From NCBI GenBank assembly GCA_016937995.1, contig JAFGVM010000017.1, positions 1-32,931 on the forward strand: a stretch of 32,931 nucleotides of DNA, read 5' to 3'. Shown here in pieces: positions 7,956-17,389 of the stretch (the stretch's first letter is position 1; every line of letters starts with the position of its first letter). Both the position numbers and the translations under genes were made by a program. The notes under the pieces are model-generated. The model was not told the DNA's origin and did no database searches. It saw nothing but the letters and a program-made list of their open reading frames with translations. Source of the DNA: Candidatus Delongbacteria bacterium (GTDB lineage: Bacteria; UBA4055).

Positions 7956-10880
7956 ATGAAAGAATTTTTAGAAGGTAAAATTTACCAAGGTTTCAAGCTT
8001 ATACATAAGGAATATATTAAAGAGATAAGTTCTGAAGTGTTGATGTTCGAACATTCAAAAAATAAAGCTAAATTAACCGCACTGAAGAACGATGATGATA
8101 ATAAAACTTTTGCTATTAGCTTTAAAACAATCCCTACAGATTCAACAGGAGTACCGCACATTCTTGAGCATTGTGTTTTATCAGGATCGGAGAAATACCC
8201 GTTAAAAGATGTATTCGCAGAACTTGTAAAGGGTGGTTTATCAACTTTCATAAATGCCTTTACCGGATCAGATGCAACTTATTACCCATACTCTACAAGG
8301 AATAATAAAGAATACTTCAATTTTATGAGTGTTTACCTTGATACTACTTTAAGACCGCTTCTTGAAAAACATACATTCTATCAGGAAGGCTGGCATTATG
8401 AACTTGACAAAGCGGATGAACCTGTAAAATTTCAGGGTATCGTATTCAATGAGATGAAAGGGGCAATGTCTAATCCTGTCAGTATTCTTATGGACAAGCT
8501 CGCCGCAACATTGTACCCTGGATCAACTTATTCAGTTAACTCAGGTGGCGACCCTGAAGCTATTCCTGATCTTACTTACGAACAATTCAAAGATTTCCAC
8601 AAGAAATTCTACCATCCGTCTAACAGTAAGATATTCCTGTACGGAAATGCTGATCTGAACGAGGAGTTGAAATTTATCAATGATAATTATTTGAAAGACT
8701 TTGAGTATCTTGATGTTGATTCATCAATATTTGAAGGTGACTCGATTTCTTCTCAACAGTTTGCAGAATTTAAATATCCGATCAACCCTTCAGAATCAGA
8801 TGAAAATAGATCATATATCGTTGTAGGAACAAAGATCACTACCCCTGATAACATAAAAGAGAATATCGCTTTTAATATCATCACCAATATTCTTTTTAAT
8901 TCTGATGCTTCGATCTTGAAGAAAAATATTATGAAAGCCGGTATAGCAAATGATCTGACAGGTTATTATGATGATAATGCCTACTTTACATCAATGGTAA
9001 CGTTCATTTCCGGTAGCAGTCCAACTGACAGATATAAATTTTTGGATGTTTATTATTCCTCTCTTGAAGAGTTGGTCAAAAATAAACTTGATCTTGATCT
9101 TGTGAAAGCGGAGATAAATAATATTGAATTTAAGATCAAGGAGAAAACCGCAAGCTCTCAGCGTGGTATCAGCTACATGTTCTCTGTACTTAACTCTATG
9201 CTTTATGACACTGACACGATCAAAGCTTTAAAGATCAGTAACATTCTTGCAGAGATCAAAAAAGAAGCGATTGAAGATAACCTGTTTGAAAAACTTATCG
9301 AGAAGTATTTGTTGAACAGAGATCTTTCTGCAGTTGTTACTTTAATACCTGATAAAGAATTGAATGCTGCAAAAGCGGATAAAGAAAGAAAAAGATGTGA
9401 AGACCATAAGAACAGCTTGTCAAAAGAACAGATCGAAGAACTTGTTAAATTCACTGCAGCATTTAAAATAGCTCAAGAAGCACCTGTATCTGATGAAGAT
9501 ATTCAGAAAGTTCCAAAGCTGAGTCTATCTGATATCGAAAGAAAATCTATTTTTCTGTTACCAGAAGTATCAGAGGTTTCAGGAGTGAAATTCCTGGCAA
9601 ATGAACACTTTACAAATGATATCATCTATTTAAGTCTTGGAATGAAAATTGATTCTATCCCGACAGAGTTATTGCCTTACATGAATATTTTCACTGACCT
9701 TCTTAAAGAGATCGGCACAAAAACCAGAGACTATGAAACTTTAACTAAAGATATTGCCGCCTATTTTGGTGGATTCAATTGTGTGTTTAATAATGTAACT
9801 TCTGTTGATGATCCAAATAAATTCACTCCGATTATGTGGGCCGAGATCAAAACTCTGAAAGAATATTTCCCTAAGGTCAAAGAGATCCTGATCGATATAA
9901 TCCAAAATATCTCTTTTGAAGATAAGGAAAGAATAGAAGAGATCATTAAAAGCAGGTTGCATCACAGGGATACATCATTAAAATCTGAAGGTTACCAGTA
10001 CGCAGTGAACCGTATAAATGCAAACTTGAACGATCAAGGAAAATATTTAGAGTACGTTAAAGGATTTACTTCATACTTCAAATATAAGGAAGTAAGTGAT
10101 AATTTTGACACTGTATTCGATGACCTGATAGAAAAAATGAAACTTATCAGAGACCTGATGTTCAGAAAAGATAATTTGATAATAAATGTTACTTCCGATA
10201 AAGAAGGTATTGATATTGTTAAAAACAATTCAGAAGACATATTGAAAGTGTTTAGTACAGAACCAGTGAAAAAGATATTTCCGAAATTTGGTAAATTCGT
10301 ACCTGGTGAAGCTTTTTTAACTTCCTCGGATATTGTTTTTGCATCTGAAGGTGCCCAGTTATTTGACGATGAATACAAATATTCCGGAAAGGTTGAAGTT
10401 CTGAAAAACTATCTTTCTTCAGACTACCTGTTCAATAAGATCAGGATACAGGGTGGTGCATACGGAGCATGGGTATCTCTTAACACGATAAGTGGAATAA
10501 TGACAATGACAAGCTACCGAGACCCGAATGTAAAGAAAACCTATGAAGCCTATAAAAGCATATCTGAACATATAAGTAAATTCAAGATAGACAGTGATAC
10601 TTTTGACAATATCAAGATCGGTGCATATTCCGCGTTCGATCCGCTTCAAAGCCCTAACGGGAAGGGTATAAAGGCCAGAAATGATTATTTATCCGGAGAG
10701 AGAGAAGAAAGAGTTGAAAAAATAATTGATGAGATACTTGAAACAACTCAGCAGGATATCAGGGACCAGGCTCCTCAGCTGAAAAAGTTTAATGAAAAGG
10801 CTATAAAAAGCATCATCGGAAGCTCTGAACTGATAAAAAAGGATGCTGACCTTTTCTCAGAACTGATTGAGATAAAATAA
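7956..10880 (+). CDS. Insulinase-family M16C metallopeptidase (presequence protease PreP-like)
   Basis: DSTGVPHILEHCVLSGSEKYP (HxxEH), INAFT, QEGWH, GIVFNEMKG, SGGDP, YHPSN, IRIQGGAYG, SYRDP. Confidence 0.95.
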   Translation: MKEFLEGKIYQGFKLIHKEYIKEISSEVLMFEHSKNKAKLTALKNDDDNKTFAISFKTIPTDSTGVPHILEHCVLSGSEKYPLKDVFAELVKGGLSTFINAFTGSDATYYPYSTRNNKEYFNFMSVYLDTTLRPLLEKHTFYQEGWHYELDKADEPVKFQGIVFNEMKGAMSNPVSILMDKLAATLYPGSTYSVNSGGDPEAIPDLTYEQFKDFHKKFYHPSNSKIFLYGNADLNEELKFINDNYLKDFEYLDVDSSIFEGDSISSQQFAEFKYPINPSESDENRSYIVVGTKITTPDNIKENIAFNIITNILFNSDASILKKNIMKAGIANDLTGYYDDNAYFTSMVTFISGSSPTDRYKFLDVYYSSLEELVKNKLDLDLVKAEINNIEFKIKEKTASSQRGISYMFSVLNSMLYDTDTIKALKISNILAEIKKEAIEDNLFEKLIEKYLLNRDLSAVVTLIPDKELNAAKADKERKRCEDHKNSLSKEQIEELVKFTAAFKIAQEAPVSDEDIQKVPKLSLSDIERKSIFLLPEVSEVSGVKFLANEHFTNDIIYLSLGMKIDSIPTELLPYMNIFTDLLKEIGTKTRDYETLTKDIAAYFGGFNCVFNNVTSVDDPNKFTPIMWAEIKTLKEYFPKVKEILIDIIQNISFEDKERIEEIIKSRLHHRDTSLKSEGYQYAVNRINANLNDQGKYLEYVKGFTSYFKYKEVSDNFDTVFDDLIEKMKLIRDLMFRKDNLIINVTSDKEGIDIVKNNSEDILKVFSTEPVKKIFPKFGKFVPGEAFLTSSDIVFASEGAQLFDDEYKYSGKVEVLKNYLSSDYLFNKIRIQGGAYGAWVSLNTISGIMTMTSYRDPNVKKTYEAYKSISEHISKFKIDSDTFDNIKIGAYSAFDPLQSPNGKGIKARNDYLSGEREERVEKIIDEILETTQQDIRDQAPQLKKFNEKAIKSIIGSSELIKKDADLFSELIEIK

Positions 10881-10887
10881 TATAACT

Positions 10888-11026
10888 CACGAAGTCACAA
10901 AGATCACTGAGGTTACTTACGATCCGTCATCTTCGTACCTGATACGGAGATCCATGTGTACTAAACAATTATTTCTAATTTCTGACTTCTAACTTAAAAT
11001 GTCATTCTGAACTTGATTCAGAATCT
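10888..11026. repeat. Intergenic repeat cluster 1: CACnAAG-like units, two GTCA-tagged palindromes and a heptamer tandem
   Basis: cacgaag-tcacaaag-atcactgag (10888-10911); CGTCATCTTCGTA-CCTGA-TACGGAGATCC (10925-10953); atttcta-atttctg-acttcta-actt (10971-10995); TGTCATTCTGAA-CTTGA-TTCAGAATCT (11000-11026). Confidence 0.8.
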
Positions 11027-11068
11027 TAAAATTGTTAACTTTTGTTTAAAGAAAAATAGGATAAAATT

Positions 11069-11611
11069 ATGAAAATAAAGATATTGATCCTAACTGTATT
11101 CTCAGTATTACTTTTTTTGTCTTGTACTCCTGAAGTGGATGATGATCTTCTGACCATTTATTCTCAAAATAATTCTGTCTATTCAAAGTTTGACTCCGAT
11201 ACTATAGTTGCTCTGGTTAGGACAAGGTATTCTTCATTTCCTTACAGAAATGGTGTTGCATTAGGAGATACTTCGTATTCAGCCAACACGTTATTCATGA
11301 AAACTTTTGATTCTTCCAACTGGCTATTCCTTGGAAAACTTGACAATGACTCCAATTTGAATGTTGTAAAATGGGATAATATTAACAAAAAGATCCATAT
11401 CAGATATGATGATACTCTGGTATTTGTGAAAGATCTTAGACATATTGGCATGGATGATACAATCGCTTTCAATGATTCGGTCTATCCGAATATAGAGACC
11501 TTTACACTGACATTATCAGCCGATTCCACATATATCGATAGTATCAATAATGGAAACTGGTACAAAACATACAGAAGCTGGAAAGATGATATGATAAATC
11601 TGTACAGATAG
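11069..11611 (+). CDS. Hypothetical lipoprotein
   Basis: MKIK, hydrophobic core and FLSC lipobox; no family recognised. Confidence 0.75.
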   Translation: MKIKILILTVFSVLLFLSCTPEVDDDLLTIYSQNNSVYSKFDSDTIVALVRTRYSSFPYRNGVALGDTSYSANTLFMKTFDSSNWLFLGKLDNDSNLNVVKWDNINKKIHIRYDDTLVFVKDLRHIGMDDTIAFNDSVYPNIETFTLTLSADSTYIDSINNGNWYKTYRSWKDDMINLYR

Positions 11612-11784
11612 TGATAAGTGGCGAGTAATAAGTTTTTAAATATCATAACACACTCAAAATTAATTTTTGATTAAAAACAAGTAGTTCAAGGAATAATTTT
11701 CTTTTTTGAATGAACCTAGTGACCCAGGTGACTTGAATAAAAATAATATTATGAAGAAGAAATACGCAGTTTATCATCAGAAAT

Positions 11785-11813
11785 AAAAAAACCCCGAATA
11801 ATTCGGGGTTTTT
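11785..11813. terminator. Bidirectional intrinsic terminator downstream of rpsO
   Basis: AAAAAAACCCCGAAT-A-ATTCGGGGTTTTT between convergent genes. Confidence 0.9.
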
Positions 11814-11831
11814 ACTTTCTATGATCTTAGC

Positions 11832-12104
11832 TTAGTAACGATCTTTAATTCCAAGATCAGCGATCAAAGCTCTATATCTCTCAATATCCTTGTTCTTCAA
11901 AAACTTTAACAATCTACCTCTTTTACCAAGTAACAATCTCATACCTCTTCTTGAGTGATTGTCTTTTTTATTGATCTTCAGGTGTTCAGTCAACTGCTTT
12001 ACTCTTGTTGACATGATAACGATCTGCACTTCAGCTTTTCCGGTATCTTTTTCAGAACCACCGTACTTTTTTACGATCTCCAGTTTTCCTTCTTTTCCTA
12101 GCAT
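11832..12104 (-). CDS. rpsO: 30S ribosomal protein S15
   Basis: DTGKAEVQI, LTEHLKINKKDNHSRRG, KRGRLLKFL, YRALIADLGI; AAGGAG RBS. Confidence 0.98.
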   Translation of the reverse strand: MLGKEGKLEIVKKYGGSEKDTGKAEVQIVIMSTRVKQLTEHLKINKKDNHSRRGMRLLLGKRGRLLKFLKNKDIERYRALIADLGIKDRY

Positions 12105-12180
12105 GTGTATCTCCTTGATTTTTTAATCGTTGCCCAGCAAGAATATTCCATCCAAACCGAGTTCAACATTAATTGAATGC

Positions 12181-12211
12181 CAAATATAACTATTATTTAA
12201 TCTTTTGTCAA
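12181..12211 (-). promoter_or_regulatory. Sigma70-type promoter of rpsO
   Basis: Minus strand TTGACA (12211-12206), 17-bp spacer, TATATT (12188-12183) followed by TG; the -35 lies inside the 3' end of the upstream ORF. Confidence 0.8.
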
Positions 12212-12547
12212 ATGGAAACCGTCATTTTCGGGACATTCATAGACTTTCAATCTCACTCCCTGCTCTTTAAATAAAATTTCAGCTCTTCTTTGTGCATCAT
12301 CTTTTGAAAAATATAATTCTTTAGGTTTCCCTTTTGAATCTGTGCAGAACCTGCACTTTCTGCTTGGAGTTTGCCTGTCTGAAGGTGCCAAGTGCCACAA
12401 ACCGCATTTTTCACAGCGGTAGGGAACCATATTGTTATTATGCTCCTGCCTGATAAAACTAGCACTGTCCTCAGCTTCCAGTTCTGTAAAATATTCTGTT
12501 AACGGTTTACCTTTTCTGCTGAAACAGGTCGAACTCTTTGCACCCAT
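12197..12547 (-). CDS. Hypothetical protein with two tandem Zn-finger-like repeats
   Basis: Internal duplication C-x3-KGKP-x3-YF(T/S)-x3-A...Y-x-C-x4-(L/G)-(W/F)HL. Confidence 0.8.
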   Translation of the reverse strand: MGAKSSTCFSRKGKPLTEYFTELEAEDSASFIRQEHNNNMVPYRCEKCGLWHLAPSDRQTPSRKCRFCTDSKGKPKELYFSKDDAQRRAEILFKEQGVRLKVYECPENDGFHLTKD

Positions 12548-12599
12548 TTATAATCAGATCCTTTTCTTTATCTTTCTGTATTATGACTTTTATTAATTG

Positions 12600-14492
12600 T
12601 TATTTTAATTTTCTGTAATCCCCGTCCCTGACGGTAAACCCGATCTTATCCAGATACTCCATCAATGGAACCATATATTTCCTTGAACTATCCAATAGCT
12701 CAGAAATTTCACCGAGTTTCATGGGACCGGAATCTTTTATCTTCTTCGAAATAAGAACTTTCACTTCATCCAATAAAGCCTTTGAGATCAAAAGACCTTC
12801 ATCGAGTTTAATTACTTTACCCATGAACATCAGCATACCTGCCAATTCTCTGGCATCCCTTTCCAACATTGGTATCTGATCAGCAACTGTTTTAATAACA
12901 GGTGGTTTAAATTTGTTTTCATCAAGTACTTCTAGGAATGTATCCAGCTTTTTCTTCATTTCTTCATTTATCTGAATTTCAAAACCTTTCTTTGAAATAA
13001 CATTCTGTGATATCTGAATAAAATTTTCTGTTTCGGCTTTTTTAAGTATAAAATCAAATATGACCTGGTTCAGATCCTGTGATATCTTTGTACGAAGATC
13101 CTCTTTGGAAATTCCCTGCCTGTAAGGATTTTTCAAATGAAATTCATCAAGAGCATCAGCTATCTTGGACAAAGTAATTTCTATATTCCTGCTGTGGAAA
13201 TAAACCTTTTTGTTACCTTTTCCGATAACAATGATCTTTTGCCTGGATACCAGATCATCAAGCATTGTCAAAGTCTCATCATCTGTCCTTGCAAGCTTTT
13301 TAGAAATATCTCCGGGTACTAAAGGCTCATACTTTGAACTTAGAAGTATCTCTTCAACCAGCTCCTGAGGATCACCCTTTTCAAGTTCTTTAAGTAGAGT
13401 GATCTTTTCTTCATCAAATCTTTTACTTTTTTTCTTGGCTGTTGTAAGTATCTGACCACCGCCTATTGTCATCTGAGGTGAATAAGACCTGATCACAAAT
13501 CTCTCACCCGGAGATAAATTCATCTCCTCTTCCAGTCTGATCTCTACCAAAGCTTCTTTACCGGGTTCTAATTTTTCCTTGTCCAGAAGAATTACCCTGC
13601 CGAAAATTTCATTTGTTCCGGCATGAATACGCACCCTTGCCCTGTTTTTCAGTTCTTTAGCTGTGCTCAGTAGATATAACTTGCCGTCAAAAATAAATGT
13701 CGGCTCAAGATAACCTGTGGAAACCAGGATATCACCTCTCTCGATATCTTCCACACTTACTCCGTGAAGATTGATCGCGGCCCTGTCCCCACTTGTTAAT
13801 GCAGTTTGTTTTTGACCATGACACTGAAGACCTTTTACCCGAACGTTAATACCTTTTGGCTGTAGTGATAATGTTTCACCCTCTTTTACATCACCCGAAA
13901 GGATAGTCCCGGTTATTATAGTTCCGAAACCTTTCATCGTAAAAACTCTGTCTACAGGAAGTTTGAAGATGCCTTTGTCGATCCTTTCAACTTTACTGAG
14001 TTTCTTCTCGTTGATCATTTCAAGAACTTTATCAATTCCTTTTCTGCTCAGAGAATCAACTGTGACAACCGGAGCACCTTCCAGGAATGTTCCCTGCAAG
14101 TAATCCTTGATCTCCTCTGTTACCAGATCTAGCCACTCTTCCTCGACCATATCCGATTTAGTGACAATAACCATGCCATCCTTGATCTGAAGAAGGTTAA
14201 GTATGTCTAAATGCTCTCTGGTTTGAGGCATTACTCCATCGTCTGCTGCAATAACAAAGAGAACGAAATCAATTGTCGAAACACCTGCGACCATATTCTT
14301 AATGAATTTCTCATGCCCCGGAACATCAATTATAGTAATATCATCACCGAGAAAAGCAAAACCGATATCAATAGTGATATTTCTCTCTTTCTCTTCCTTT
14401 AAAACATCGGTATCCATACCTGTCAAAGCTTTAACAAGTGAAGTTTTACCATGATCAATATGACCTGCTGTTCCAATTATAAAATGTGACAT
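12600..14492 (-). CDS. selB: Selenocysteine-specific translation elongation factor SelB
   Basis: [51 protein letters not shown]-terminal winged helix [13 protein letters not shown]...TVRDGDYR. Start set at ATG 14492 (AGGA upstream) rather than 14516. Confidence 0.97.
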   Translation of the reverse strand: MSHFIIGTAGHIDHGKTSLVKALTGMDTDVLKEEKERNITIDIGFAFLGDDITIIDVPGHEKFIKNMVAGVSTIDFVLFVIAADDGVMPQTREHLDILNLLQIKDGMVIVTKSDMVEEEWLDLVTEEIKDYLQGTFLEGAPVVTVDSLSRKGIDKVLEMINEKKLSKVERIDKGIFKLPVDRVFTMKGFGTIITGTILSGDVKEGETLSLQPKGINVRVKGLQCHGQKQTALTSGDRAAINLHGVSVEDIERGDILVSTGYLEPTFIFDGKLYLLSTAKELKNRARVRIHAGTNEIFGRVILLDKEKLEPGKEALVEIRLEEEMNLSPGERFVIRSYSPQMTIGGGQILTTAKKKSKRFDEEKITLLKELEKGDPQELVEEILLSSKYEPLVPGDISKKLARTDDETLTMLDDLVSRQKIIVIGKGNKKVYFHSRNIEITLSKIADALDEFHLKNPYRQGISKEDLRTKISQDLNQVIFDFILKKAETENFIQISQNVISKKGFEIQINEEMKKKLDTFLEVLDENKFKPPVIKTVADQIPMLERDARELAGMLMFMGKVIKLDEGLLISKALLDEVKVLISKKIKDSGPMKLGEISELLDSSRKYMVPLMEYLDKIGFTVRDGDYRKLK

Positions 14493-14510
14493 TATAATTC
14501 CTGTTTTGTT

Positions 14511-14712
14511 TGTCATTGCGAGGATTGCTTACAATCCGTGGCAATCTTTTTTAAAAGAGGGGACGACCGTTGGGCTGTCCCCTACATTGTCATCCTGAAC
14601 TTGTTGTTCCGTCATGCTAAATTTATTTCAGCATCTATCTTCATTCTTTATTTTAGACCCTGAAATAAATTCAGGGTGACGATTTCTGATTGTCCATTGT
14701 AAATTGTCAATT
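14511..14712. repeat. Intergenic repeat cluster 2: several REP-like palindromes and a heptamer tandem
   Basis: TGTCATTGCGAGGATTG-CTTA-CAATCCGTGGCAATCT (14511-14547); GTAG-type on minus TGTAGGGGACAGCCCAACGGTCGTCCCCTC (14557-14586); half element TGTCATCCTGAACTTG (14588-14603); CGTCATGCTAAATTTATTTCAGCATCT (14610-14636); minus CGTCACCCTGAATTTATTTCAGGGTCT (14655-14681); attgtcc-attgtaa-attgtca-att (14689-14712). Confidence 0.85.
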
Positions 14713-14727
14713 AGAGTGCGTAAATGA

Positions 14728-17376
14728 TTACCACTTTCTTACTCTCGTATCTTTATCGAACTTAATATCCGAGAAAATACTACTCTTTGTATTTATCAGT
14801 AACTTGAACCCTTTCGAGAACATATCCCACTCGAATTCCCCCTGCCAGCAGTGCATTTCTCTTCTGATCTTTATTCTTGTTGAAGTTAACTTCTTTGGTG
14901 TCAGGAAATTTATTGTTGAAGTATACTCAATTTCCCAGTTCTCTGTTGGCTTTATTTTACCGGACAGGGTCATATATAGATTCTTTGAGTAATTATCTTC
15001 TGAGTCATATCTCTCTGAAAAGGTCAGATTGCCGGTAATATCATATGACAAACTGGTAAAGTTATTCCTGTCGAGTGAAATTATATCAACTTCTGATTCA
15101 CTTTCAGTGAAAATACTGATATCCTTTGAAAAAATACCTTTGAAGTTTATAGGTATTCCAACATTATAGTTGGCATTCCAGCTCTCCGTTCTGAACGGAT
15201 TTTTATTCCAGAAATCAAAATTCGGATTAATATACTTCCCAGATGCTCTATCTCCGGTATATGGAGTAGTTACAGCATTCGCATTCACATTTATTGCCAT
15301 TCTAAAGTTGTCGACAAATAATTTTCCGTTATATAACGTAGAGTAGAATCTTGTATTTATTACGGACATTTTATTGCTGTCTGCGACAAAATTATAATAA
15401 CCTGACATATCAACATTGAACAAAGTTTTTGAAACCTCTCTGTCTCCGTTACGGATCTTTGCATCCATGATATTCTTTAAAGAGTATGATAAGGTCGCAG
15501 ATTCTCCCCGCGGAGTTGCTCCGACGAGTGAAGGTGAAAAGATATCAGTCTTCTTTTCTGATATAGAGATAATACTGTCAGCAGGAGAAGAAGCAAATGT
15601 TGTATCGTAGCTTGTAATGAAATAGCCGTATTTATCTTTAGAGAAATCAGGTCTGTACGACATTGAAATAGCTGGTGATATCGTATGTCTGATCTTTTTT
15701 AAAGCAAGTATCTCAGGCTGGAATATTCCGTAAATATTTGTGTTGGCAGTAATACTCGCGTCATAGGTTGACCTTGAAACATTACCGGTTACAACATCCA
15801 TATCCACGTCATAATACTTAAAAGCAACATCATGTTTGTAATTAAATGACTCCCTGAAGCTAATATATCTGAACAGTTTGTGATTGTACTGAATATATGA
15901 ATTTGTTTTAAAGCCGTAATTTTCAAAGGTCGAATCCACATTCTGGTAAGTTATCATACTGTCTATTTCAGAAGTAGAATAGTGTTTGTCTCTGTAGTTT
16001 GTCGCCATAAAGTTCTGACTCGAACCTATCCTGAAATCCTCATAGTTTGTCGTTTGACTTAAATTAAAGGATGACCTGGTATTGTCAGTAAAAATATTAC
16101 GGTCATTGTTGATATCCACCAATCTGTTTGAAATTATTGATCCATTGATCTGGAACTTTTTTATCATTGAAGGAGCGTTTTCTATTCCCGAGAAAGGTTT
16201 TCTACCGCTTAGGCTAAAATTCACCGATGGGAATTGGTACTTGACCAGTCCGGTATCCACATACTGTGTATAAGATGACATCAAAGAAAAATTGTCCCCG
16301 GTATTTCTCCATCTTTTACTGAATCTGCCGCTTGATGTAAGTTTATTTTGCATTCTGTCCATACTTGTATATCCAAGATCCCTTACCAGAGAAGTTTTTG
16401 TAATATAATCAGCCACACCATCCAAAGACATAGTTGGAGTTATCTGATGGTGATGATTACCCCTTATTCTCCAGTCCATACTTTCATGGTCATTTGTCAG
16501 ATCAGCATTGATATTTCCCCTGATCGTGTATCTGTTCTTATACCTGAACTGCTGATTGAGCAGGTATCCGAAATTATCATAATAATCCATCAGAACTGTA
16601 TAATCAGTATAGTCTGACATATCCCAGAAATATCCCAGATGCTTAAAACTGTTACCTTTTGAACTGCTGTAATAATAAGAGGGAAGTATGAAACCTGAAT
16701 TGCGACCTTTATTTTTCTTGTACAAAATATAAGGGAACCAGGCGACAGGTACGTTATCAAAATATAACGAGATTGGTTTCGCATAGACCCAGTTATCTTT
16801 TGTAACGATCACACTGTCAGCTTTGAAATAATAGTGGGGGTGATCCAGATCGCAACTGGTAATGATAGCATTGGTACCGTGAATATCATCATTTTCAAGC
16901 TTGATCATGCTTTCCGTATGAAAGAAAGTGTTATCAGCAACACTCGCACTTTTCATTACAGTCCTGGCATTATGAACGATCCCGTTCTTTGTATCAAGAT
17001 CGTACATCATATAGGTACCCTGCACAGTCTCTTTGTTCTCAGTGATCTCAGGTCTTCCTGTAATAACTATAGAGTCTATTTTCCCAGGTTCAGTTTTAGA
17101 AAATACAGTATCTTCTTTCTGTACTGCTGTAACAGTATTTTCCTTCATGTCCAGGATTATCTGATATGCTTCAAATGTAACATTTTTGTATTTCAATCTT
17201 GCATTTTCGGTGAGATAAAGCTTTTGATCAATATTATCAAAATCTACATTTTCCCCGAAATAAAAAATTGTCGTATCCGGATTTGTGTAGGTCTTACCTT
17301 TTACAAGACCACTTTGCCCTGCCAATAATGAAAGTAAAAGCAAAACGATTATGAATATGTACTTCGGTAAGACCAT
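14728..17376 (-). CDS. lptD: Putative LPS assembly protein LptD (FCB-type)
   Basis: Signal peptide, OstA-like N-terminus, ITSCDLDHPHYYFKA, GRNSGFILPSY, LGYFWDMSDYTD, KKIRHTISP, RREMHCW, SSIFSDIKFDK. Confidence 0.85.
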   Translation of the reverse strand: MVLPKYIFIIVLLLLSLLAGQSGLVKGKTYTNPDTTIFYFGENVDFDNIDQKLYLTENARLKYKNVTFEAYQIILDMKENTVTAVQKEDTVFSKTEPGKIDSIVITGRPEITENKETVQGTYMMYDLDTKNGIVHNARTVMKSASVADNTFFHTESMIKLENDDIHGTNAIITSCDLDHPHYYFKADSVIVTKDNWVYAKPISLYFDNVPVAWFPYILYKKNKGRNSGFILPSYYYSSSKGNSFKHLGYFWDMSDYTDYTVLMDYYDNFGYLLNQQFRYKNRYTIRGNINADLTNDHESMDWRIRGNHHHQITPTMSLDGVADYITKTSLVRDLGYTSMDRMQNKLTSSGRFSKRWRNTGDNFSLMSSYTQYVDTGLVKYQFPSVNFSLSGRKPFSGIENAPSMIKKFQINGSIISNRLVDINNDRNIFTDNTRSSFNLSQTTNYEDFRIGSSQNFMATNYRDKHYSTSEIDSMITYQNVDSTFENYGFKTNSYIQYNHKLFRYISFRESFNYKHDVAFKYYDVDMDVVTGNVSRSTYDASITANTNIYGIFQPEILALKKIRHTISPAISMSYRPDFSKDKYGYFITSYDTTFASSPADSIISISEKKTDIFSPSLVGATPRGESATLSYSLKNIMDAKIRNGDREVSKTLFNVDMSGYYNFVADSNKMSVINTRFYSTLYNGKLFVDNFRMAINVNANAVTTPYTGDRASGKYINPNFDFWNKNPFRTESWNANYNVGIPINFKGIFSKDISIFTESESEVDIISLDRNNFTSLSYDITGNLTFSERYDSEDNYSKNLYMTLSGKIKPTENWEIEYTSTINFLTPKKLTSTRIKIRREMHCWQGEFEWDMFSKGFKLLINTKSSIFSDIKFDKDTRVRKW

Positions 17377-17389
17377 TTATCTCCGTTTT

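Noticed and set aside
11612..11784. 170-bp unexplained spacer as a possible sRNA or small ORF
   Set aside because: No convincing stem, promoter or RBS-led ORF seen
14493..14516. N-terminal extension of selB from ATG 14516
   Set aside because: That ATG is the reverse complement of the TGTCAT repeat tag; ATG 14492 has an RBS and matches the usual SelB start
14511..14712. Possible CRISPR array or integron attC array
   Set aside because: Units are heterogeneous, differently oriented and irregularly spaced; no cas or integrase gene and no cassette ORFs between units
14690..14992. 100-aa plus-strand ORF
   Set aside because: Starts within the heptamer repeat and is antisense to lptD
16834..17328. 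164-aa plus-strand ORF and the other short ORFs nested in or antisense to long genes
   Set aside because: Shadow frames of well-supported genes, with no recognisable motifs
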